Assembly (NCBI GenBank): GCA_000320545.1
Contig: ADNK01001795.1
Coordinates: 1-33,603, forward strand
Length of the DNA: 33,603 nucleotides
Origin: Bigelowiella natans CCMP2755
Taxonomy: Eukaryota; Protista; Cercozoa
Reading direction: 5' to 3'
A program made the position numbers and the translations under genes. The notes beneath the pieces were generated by a model. It had not been told where the DNA came from, did no database searches, and saw only the letters and a list, made by a program, of their open reading frames with translations. Position 1 is the first letter of the stretch; each line of letters starts with the position of its first letter. Below, one piece after another: positions 19,417-33,603 of this stretch.

Positions 19417-20583
19417 TGACCCAAACAAAGTTATATAAGGGTTGTATCTTTTCTCTGTTTTGTTTGGAAACACCATCTCATATCATCACCATCATCATCA
19501 TCATCATTATCATCATCATTATGGTTATCGGTATTGTCATCATCAGACTAGAGCAAAGGCCAATAAATTTGGTTATCGATGAAGAAGGTGCTTGAGTAGT
19601 ATTAGGGTTAGTAGTGATAGTAGACCAGCAACGTGATTTGCTCCTCCATAGTGAAGCTCAGAGAACTTTCAAAGCAGATGATGTTATCGTAGCACCTACC
19701 TCATCATTTCTGCCTCATCGCTTTGATTGTAAATATAGACATTTATATCATCTTTACTGTTATTTGTTACCATTTATGTGTGACAGGGGAATTAGTGCTC
19801 CGTATGAAGACTAACATCAAAAGTGGAAACGATGATCCAGAGATACTCAAACAACAAATTCAAGGCTTGCAACTAGCGTCCAATCATCACGGCCTCTTCA
19901 AGGCAGCTCTCATTTATTAGTTATTGGGATGTGATTGGTTGGGTGGTGTTAGCTTATAATGCTAACGACGATGATGATGATCGATAATTATTCGTCAGGT
20001 TTATCAGCATCATGAATCTATCGTATTGGACTTTCCGGTTGCTATCCTGCAGCGTTATCATAGCTATAAAACAAATGGTGGTTTTGATAAAGAAGTAGAG
20101 GGAGAAGAAAATTCTTACTTCACTGACTATATTACAAGGAGAAAAAGTAGTAGCTACAAAGACCAAAACAGCAGCAGCAGCAGTCTTTTACCTCCACACA
20201 CAGTCTTCACTTATACTAAGGATGGTACTCTCGTCGTAGAATTAAAGGACGAGAATGATCAACAACATGATGCACCGGGGGGAAGATTATCAATATCATC
20301 ATCATTTATCAATTCATACGATGACCTTGGACAACGTGTGGCAGAGAGCATAGGAATACCATGGGAATGTTTAGAGGAGATAGAAGAAGAAGTTCATTAT
20401 AATCAAACTGCTGGTGGAGGTGATGATACAGGATATAACAAGCGACGATTCAAGATCAACGTTCCAGGATTTAAGTATTTTTATTTCTTAGTAAATAGTA
20501 ATGGTAATAGTATAAAGGAAAAAAATGAAGGGGGGAGGAATATCATAAAAATGTTAAATAGAAATACATCTTGTATAATTTGA
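14995..20583 (+). CDS. Peptidase M50 (site-2 protease family) intramembrane zinc metalloprotease, many small exons; 5' and 3' ends uncertain
   Basis: Spliced exons read LLSKTKWVFAAAK|LTKLSSLASIAVSIGTYSMFYGWK|YAAGIVGLIYIHE|AGHAIAM...LFIPFMGAA|VSMDSKPKDPYVNAYVALAG|PVCG...ALADFG|FMVNLFNMAPIG|MLDGGRIAP. This gives HExxH (split at 16010/16389), AGP and the NxxPxxxLDGG motif. Confidence 0.88.
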
Positions 20584-20630
20584 TTGTAGTATTACGTAAA
20601 CAACACATGTACACGTATCGTATGCGAAGA

Positions 20631-20665
<35 letters not shown>

Positions 20666-22090
20666 GCAGTACATTTTTGAGTATTAGCTTAGCAGTATCA
20701 TCTATATTAATGGTAGGCTTGAAGACTCAACCCTCCACTCATTTTGGGATGAGGGGATATTCCGTATGCATTTGGACGCCGCAGAGTTGCACAGATTGTA
20801 ATATATAATAATTTACCTTCTGACATCAAAACCACCACCAGAAATAATACACCGCTTAGTACTTTTTGTAAGTGATGCATCGTGCATGATTCAAAAAATT
20901 TTTTTATCGTGTTCATTTTATGATGCTTTTGACAAACTGATATTGGAGTATCAATGAATGCAATACATCAACCATCGACGATGACGAACGTCTTTCATTA
21001 ATATTGGTAAATTTAGCAACTAATCGGTAACTCCACTCATATGATGATGCAGTGTTATGAGAGGAAAAACAAAGAAAGAAAACGAACTGGCAGCAGGAGT
21101 CGGCGGTGAATCCAGCAGCCATCCGCCAGGAACGGGTGTCGCAATATAGGCTCGATCATTACGGGGTTTTCATGTAGGAACTTTGTAGCAGCAGTTAAGA
21201 CAGCCAAGATGTTTTCCGTATGTTGCCATGTCTAGATGTCAAGGCTAGACGTATTTTAAATCACAGTCATCAATCTATTGTTATTTTTCACAAGGCACAT
21301 CATACATACTAGACATACACCTAATAGATATGCTTTGCATGTAATACATGGACATGCAGATATCGAGCTGCTAGAGAGGTCTTGCACTACTTGTGCATCT
21401 AAACATCGGCATTGTCTGCTTGCTGCATGCTCGCTACAGTAGGCCTCGATGTTGCTTGTGATTACTTAGCAACTACAATTGTATCATCACCATTCTAGCA
21501 TTGTCATTGTGCATAGTATGTGTGCTATTGCACTGTCTGAAGACACAGAATATGTAGCTTATCAATTGTGACACAGCTCGTGCGCATGCTAGCATGTACA
21601 CTGTTTGTGAAAATTCCAACACAAAATTAGCTGCGCTTGTAGCAGCAAATGCGGTGTCACTTTCTAGCTTTGCTATTTTAGCACAAATCTATCGTTGCAT
21701 GCACGTACGATGAGCTGCCGCTGTATTACTATCTCTCTGCTATTGTTAATCTGTTGCATGAGGCTGTGCTGCTTATTTAGAATAATAATACCCGGAAAGT
21801 GACGTAGCCCAGTACATAGTCGCTGATATAATTACTGATATCGTTGCTACTCAAATATTTTAACTCTGCCCTTGTCGTGACAGGTGTCCCTGATAAAACC
21901 GGAGTTCTTCCTCCCATATTATTCTAACCCAAGTGCTATTTTAGCCTGTTATGTGTGCTACTACTACCGTCGTACACTCTAGCACTCTTGCTTTCACAAT
22001 GGTTGATTATAGTCAATGCGAAGGTGCGTTATCATTTTTGTTCTTCATCTTATGAAGAACAAATCTCTCCTAATAATGGAAGAAAAAGTG

Positions 22091-22130
<40 letters not shown>

Positions 22131-22328
22131 TTGAGTACTGCTAATACAACTGGTACGATTTTGAAATATACTTAAATTCATGGTCACAAGAATAATACAA
22201 CAACTTGATTGTACATTAGTCATGATTCAATAACCCCCCCCTCCTCCTCCTCCTCCTCCTCCTCTATGAGCGAGTGACTGAATCAATCAACGAATGAATA
22301 AATTATGAGAACCAACGAAGTACACTAC

Positions 22329-26830
<4,502 letters not shown>

Positions 26831-26950
26831 CATACATGCAAAGCATTGGCTAGGCGATATGAAAAGTCATTTGCTTGTTGGAAGAAAGCGGAGATAGATG
26901 CACACAGGTCTACCACCAATTGCCTCTCAAACGAGTTCGTGGGATGTGGT

Positions 26951-26996
26951 TTATTTATTCAGAATCAAGTGCTTATTTATTCAGAATCAAGTGCTT
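26951..26996. repeat. 22-bp tandem duplication
   Basis: TTATTTATTCAGAATCAAGTGC x2. Confidence 0.85.
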
Positions 26997-28116
26997 CCCC
27001 TGCCTCACGTAAGCACTGGTGTTCTGCGAACGAATTTACAAATAAGACCATGTCTCTCCCTTAAAATATCATGCCAAGTTGATTGTTTTTTGTTTCACCC
27101 AAGTTGTCATTGCTCCATCACGAACCACTAAGGTATTTGTTTTAAGAGTGTTGCCACTAGATCTAAGAGAAGAACAGTAAGAAATTAGTAGTACGAGGAT
27201 TCACATTTGTGCTTACGACAACAACAATTTATTGTCGGAAGATGCAAGTTAGAGTCTGTGAATCCTTTACATTTTTGTGGTAGTAGTATTCCTACCCCTT
27301 CTGCTTTATGCTTCAGAAAAACGAAGCATATCGAACAACAGGCAACAGAGCCATTGTGACTAACCTAGAACCTAGAACCGACCCTGGTACATGTAGTAGG
27401 TAGAGTACATGTAGTGTGCTTAAGGGGGATGGTGCTGATTCCGGGCCGTAGACCGAAAACACATCAGATCATCTTTGTGCGACAACGCATTCTTCGAAAT
27501 TTTCCAACCTAAAAATGTTTTAGAGAAATGGTTCACACCTAATCAGATTTTCATTGTGAAGCTCAGTTTCATGACAAGTTGTGTTTGTAGGTTGACATGA
27601 TGAATGCGACAACGGATTGATCAAAAAATATTGGTATGAGCATAACAATATGCCTGCAATGCTCCTAAGAAGTAAGTAAAAGAATTGGTCATCTTGCTAC
27701 TCGCAGATTTGTTGGCAACGACGTTCCACACTGAAAACAGCCTGGTAACTCGCAGAAAAGAATGGAGTTTTGTTCAACATCCCCACATAACTTCTCTTGC
27801 GACAGTGTTAACATTGCTTTATGAGAATCAATCTGCCGTTCAAGGCCCTTCGAATGGGTACCTAAGAGGGTATTTTTCCCTAGCAAAATGTGCCTGTTTC
27901 TTGGACTCGTAACATAGAAAATGGGTTCGAATATTTACATGCGTCAATGGATTTCGAGGTGGATTTTAGCTGAAACGCCTGTTATACATCGGCCTCGGAA
28001 GCTGATTCTGCGTTGGCATCGTTGCTCTCCTCCACCCTACTCACTCACAACAAAATAATAATAGAGAAGAATTGCAAGCTTGAACGAAATAGTGAGGTGA
28101 TAGCACCCTCACTGCC

Positions 28117-28181
<65 letters not shown>

Positions 28182-28382
28182 GCTCTCTTTTCTTCCCTCT
28201 CTCTCTTGAATCTAGCCGGTAGGGTGGTGAGGAGGGGGCGCGGGGAGAGTGATAAACCTACAATCTTGCAGTTGTTTCTTCTCAGCGTTTATTAGTATTC
28301 GTACCGTCTTTGTTTTGGAATGACAGGCTAATCTATAACGTGGAGAAAGATTGCAGTCCTTGTTGCAAAGTTGTGGTTAACC

Positions 28383-28782
28383 ATGGAGGAGAGACCATCG
28401 TTGCGTAATAGAGAACCGTACGTCGCAATCGAAAGAAGATCAAATGAAGCCATCATCATTAGATCTTGCAATTATTCCTTTAGCTCCCTATGCGAAAGGG
28501 GGGGGAGATACATAGGGGTTACTTTTACTGCTGTCGCCGCCCTATGGGGGTTATCGACTCTAATCTCTGCACCATCTACTGGGTATGAAAGCAAATATAA
28601 ACACACACAGATGATACTCATATTTTTTTTACATTTATTTTTTGTATGTGTCTTGTGTAGTGCTTGTATGCGTGTGTGTGTGTGAGTGTGTGTGTGTGTG
28701 TGTGTGGGTAGAGGTGTTATATTAAATATATATATATATATATATATATAAATATATGTATACAATCATGAGAAGTCCCAGC

Positions 28783-28822
<40 letters not shown>

Positions 28823-30841
28823 GTATTTTTGGTTATTTTTGTTGTCCGATGCTATCATAATAGTACATGTGTATGTCGGTACGTACCTATCCCACCGTAG
28901 AAAATTGCCTTGGATCGTAATGATTGAGCTTTTAGCCGCATTTTCTCTCGCAGTTGCCAATGGTGGAAATGGTAGTAAGTAGTAGAATGCTGCTCTCTCC
29001 ATATGATGACGATTCTTCTACATTCCACTCTTCATCGTCCTTCATGCTAATCTAGACACTACATCTACGATTTTCATAGACATTGCAAATGCCATGGGAA
29101 CTTCGGTCGGAGCGGGTGCTCTATCATTGAAGCAAGCATTGGGATTTGGATCTGCTTTTGAATTTATGGGAGCAATCCTTCTTGGAGCAATGGTGTCTAA
29201 AACCATCAGCAAAGGCGTCATCGAACCACGGTATTTATCCGTCAGGATGATATCATTAGCTGCTGCTGATAATGATGATAATGATGAGAATTGTTGAATC
29301 TTTCCATTTTATCAGCATAGTTATTCTATCTACATGCCCTATTATTTCATTATTTACTAGTGCTTTTGATTATTATTAACATGGTAGTTCTACAATGTAT
29401 TACTACTATTACTTTTGATTATTCACATGGTGCTTGTTAACCTAGATGCCTTATTGTTATCATTCTATGATGACTAACGATGATGATGATGTGTAGGGAG
29501 TTTGAAGATAATCCTGGTTTATTTGCAACTGTGATGGTGAGTTACAAGTGTGAGTATTCCTTCCCCGAAAGCAACCTGATGATGCATTGTATAATAGAAG
29601 CGAGGGTGTCGTATATTAGTGCTATGTTTTTGGGGAATCGATAAATTCAGTCTATATCGTTCAAGTGGATGTGCTCTAGCGACACCAAAATAGTCTTCAT
29701 TTCCATTGATATTCTCATATCGATACTAACAAATTTGCAAGATAAAAAGATAGATAGATAGATAACACACCTTAACTTCGTGTAGATATCATACTGTTAG
29801 AACCAGCTTTCCCCTCACCCTCAGTAGTACTCATCCTCATTGCGTTCTCCTCCTCGTTCTTACTTTCTACCTACCTTCCCATCTTACACAGTTTGCTGTA
29901 GTTTCTGGAGCTTCTCTGACTACACTTCTTGCTACAATTTATGGGTTATTATTAATTATTTGTATTGTAGTTATACAACTTCTACGACGTATAATAAATG
30001 TAGAATCTATCAGCTTAAAGTAGTCGAGAATTTGTTAGTAGTGGTAGTGGTAGTATTAGTTGTAGTAGTAGTAGTAGTAGTGGTAGTAGCAGTAGCGTCT
30101 TAAAATAATACCAAGATCATGTTTCAAATACAGCACCATCTATAATGATAATGATGATGATGATGATGATGAGGTTAGAATCACTTTTCTTGGTAGGATT
30201 AATTGCTACTGCTGCTGCTACCACTACTGCTACTACTTGCTCTCCTCAGGTATCCCATATCGGCCACACATGGCATTATTGGTGGATTGGTTGCAGTTGG
30301 TTGGGCTTCAAAAGGAGTAAATTGTGTCGGTAAGACAGAACACGACGTTTATTGTAGGTGATGGTGATGGTAATCTGTGTCGGGGGTTAGAAGAGGAAAA
30401 GATAAATGTACTTCACAGAAAAAAATAGGAATTTTAAGATCATTATTATTGATAAGGATAAAATGCAAATGATGAGTATGATGATGATGATAATGAAATA
30501 GGTTGGAATGCATTACAAATGACGATGATAATGTGGGTCGCATCACCACTAGCTGGTCTAATTGCTTCTATGCTTCTCCAACTTCTGTGTGAAGCTCTAC
30601 TCACTCTGGGTAATAACGTCAAGAAAGAAGAAGAAGAAGAAGAAGAAATGATAATTATTAAAATGCTGATAATATGGCTGCTACTTGCTGCATACATACG
30701 TACGTATTTAGATAGCACCAAGAACAAGATACATAGTCAATATCTCATGTTTTTTATACTTTGCTTACCTCTTAATCCCCCTCCTTTTCCCTTTCCTTCC
30801 TATTGTTGTGTTTATTATGCATTTCTTAGATCTAACAGCAC

Positions 30842-30876
<35 letters not shown>

Positions 30877-31141
30877 GTTAGTTGTATCGTGGTACCGATG
30901 TTGTGGATATGTACCCTCACAGTAACATGCTTATTCATGTACCTTACAGGGCCAGAGCCAATACGAATTAACAATGCTTTTGATGCATTACTTGCATCTG
31001 TAGCTACTGGCGTGATACTCACTATCATTCGTTATGTTTACATCATTATTATCATACCTTCTTATTACAATAGTAGTAGTAGTAGAAGTAGCAGTAGTAG
31101 AATAGGAGGCAGCACCACCACCAGATTCAACCAAAATCGTG

Positions 31142-31177
<36 letters not shown>

Positions 31178-31374
31178 GCAGTAGGAGTAGTAGCAGTGCT
31201 AATAGTAGAAACCATAAATACTACTGGAGCAACAAGTTGGTTGCTGATGGTGATGCTACTAGTTGTAATAGCAAAAAGGACCACGTGGATGATGATGATG
31301 ATGATAATAATAAAATGACGTTAGCAGCAGCAGCAGCTGCATCATCATCATCATCATCATCATACATTTGGTAA

Positions 31375-31406
<32 letters not shown>

Positions 31407-31475
31407 ACGTACACCACAAGTTAGTGCTAGTAAAGTTTACCGATAATAATAATAATAATGCCAGTAGTGCCAATG

Positions 31476-31511
<36 letters not shown>

Positions 31512-32903
31512 AGATGGGGTGTGTGTTTATGTGTGAAGTCTAAAGATGGCAGTGGTAGTAGTGGTATACTAGTTGCATAAAAGTAGTGGTGTATTCAGTA
31601 ACATTATGATTTATGCACCATCCATCATCACATAGGCCTCGAATATGGCAATGGTTTTGCTACAATGGAGGCAATGGTATCAGAGGCAATGCTGATGATG
31701 ATGGTGATGGTGGTGATGAAGAGGAAGAGAGATTCCATAATATCATTCTCAAAGCAGCTAAAAGAAATTACCTCACTGTGCCCTCCTCCTCCTCAGCAAT
31801 CACAATTTCATCATATAAAGGGGGGAGACATCATAATGATCACGACGATGTTAGTGCTGCTGCTGCCAATAGCGATGACTATCATCATATTCGTTGTTAT
31901 CACCAAGATAATGTTAAGAAGAGTCAAATAATAAAACAACAGCAGCAGCAGCAACAACAACGGAAGGATGTGATAATCACTCCTTTGGCAGATCACACGG
32001 GATTATTGATAGACGAAGAGGATGATGGATATGATGTAGCCAATGATGCTACAACCACAACTACTAGCACAATCAGCACCTCTAGTTCTACCACCAATAC
32101 CAACTGTTCCTGTGAGGGGGCGAGCAAGAGAGAAATCATTATGGAAATAACAACAACAACAATTGGTTCTGAAAACGAAGAGGAAGAAGAAGATGAGGAG
32201 GACCTAAAGACGCCTCTCCAGGACCACCAGGCAAAAATAAAGAACAATAATGAGGAAGAATTTGTGGTAATATTTCATTTAATAATGACAATAAGTAGAC
32301 GATGAAGATATTGACTATGATGATACTACAGCAGACAAATGAATGCGAAAAAACACATCATTTATATTATTTGGTGCTACTATCTCTCCTCCATCCTCGT
32401 TTCTTCTTCTTCTTCTTCTAATTTCTTTAATTTCTTTTGTAATTCATATCGTGGTGGTGTGCATGTCAGAGTCTCCTTGTGCTCTCTGCTTTGACTGTCG
32501 CCTTCGCTCACGGAGCAAATGACGTAGGAAATGCAGTAGGACCTCTAGCCGCTATGCTGGAGGTACTCACGGATGGTGTGGTGCACGAAGTCCCCACGTA
32601 ATGACAATAATAATAAGACGAAAGAAGTATATGCTAGACAATATCAAAAAACTAACACAACAACAACAACAACAATCATGCTTTGCTTTGCTGTAGTAGC
32701 AGCAGCAGCATCAACGACAAATAATAATGTAGATTGTTTGGTTTGTCCTTCGTTTTGTTGTTGATTAAGGGTTCCAATGTGGGCCTTAGTACTAGGAGCT
32801 GTAGGATTTGTTGTTGGTATTCTCACATTAGGTCAGAATACTATTGACACTGTAAGTAAGCTACACTTGTCTCCAAACGCCACCTGCTGCTAAATTGATG
32901 ATC

Positions 32904-32935
<32 letters not shown>

Positions 32936-33186
32936 AGAGGTGGTGGTGGTGGTTGCGTCACTCTTTATGATCGTTAAAACAAAATTGCTATTGAAACCAA
33001 AGAACAATCACTAGCATATCTCGTCCCCATTATCCGAGTATAAATCTCCTATTCTTGTTTAATGTTGTTCTTCCTCCTCCTTGTTGTTATTATTTATGGC
33101 TGCTGCTGCTACTACTGCTACAAAGGTTGGTAACCGAATAACCCATCTTACACCTTCAAAGTCATATGCGACACAAATGGGGGCAG
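28383..33186 (+). CDS. PiT/PHO4-family inorganic phosphate transporter (SLC20-like), continues beyond the right edge
   Basis: N-terminal signature ANGGND|IANAMGTSVGAGAL...FEFMGA, then PISATHGIIGG and WVASP. A large low-complexity loop is followed by the C-terminal signature AFAHGANDVGNAVGPL, and then VGNRITHLTPS. Confidence 0.92.
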
Positions 33187-33327
33187 GTTGTAGTGTATAG
33201 CGGTGATAGGATTAATAAGTAGTAGTAGTCGTAGTAGCAGCACTTGTAGTAACCTTTGGTGGTGATGGTGGAAGATATTTGTAATACATGCATTTGTGCT
33301 TGAGACTACTTCAGCCATAATATATAT

Positions 33328-33374
<47 letters not shown>

Positions 33375-33414
33375 TTACTATGCCCGTGAGAATGAATTGT
33401 TGTTGAAACCAAAG

Positions 33415-33448
<34 letters not shown>

Positions 33449-33603
33449 ACATCCCCTAATCCATTTTTCAATAATATTCTTCTTCTTTCACTTGTATATC
33501 ACATCCGTCATCTATATGCTCAGCGCGCCAATTTTTTAAATACCAACATATATAGATCACAACACACACACTTTGTATGTATTCTATGCGTGATGGGTAT
33601 TAT

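Overview
Eukaryotic (protist-like), intron-dense, microsatellite-rich genomic DNA. Host genes: a partial EF-hand gene (-, runs off the left edge), Rab21 GTPase (+), a small SAM-domain gene (-), an M50/site-2-protease family metalloprotease (+), a bifunctional 6-phosphofructo-2-kinase/fructose-2,6-bisphosphatase (-) and a PiT/PHO4 phosphate transporter (+, runs off the right edge). The centrepiece is a 6.6-kb Ty3/gypsy-type LTR retrotransposon locus (6272-12868) with an intact 1657-aa gag-PR-RT-RNaseH-IN ORF. Two things about it are unusual. (1) After the integrase, where a chromodomain often sits, the polyprotein ends in a ~125-aa domain that aligns by eye with the Dam-like N6-adenine methyltransferase domain of DIRS1 elements, but with degenerate catalytic motifs. 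(2) The 5' LTR is truncated and fused, at a 5-bp microhomology beside an internal copy of the polypurine tract, to an inverted copy of the element's last ~1.05 kb. This gives ~1-kb terminal inverted repeats and no target-site duplication. All calls are from reading the sequence by eye; exon boundaries at gene ends are approximate.
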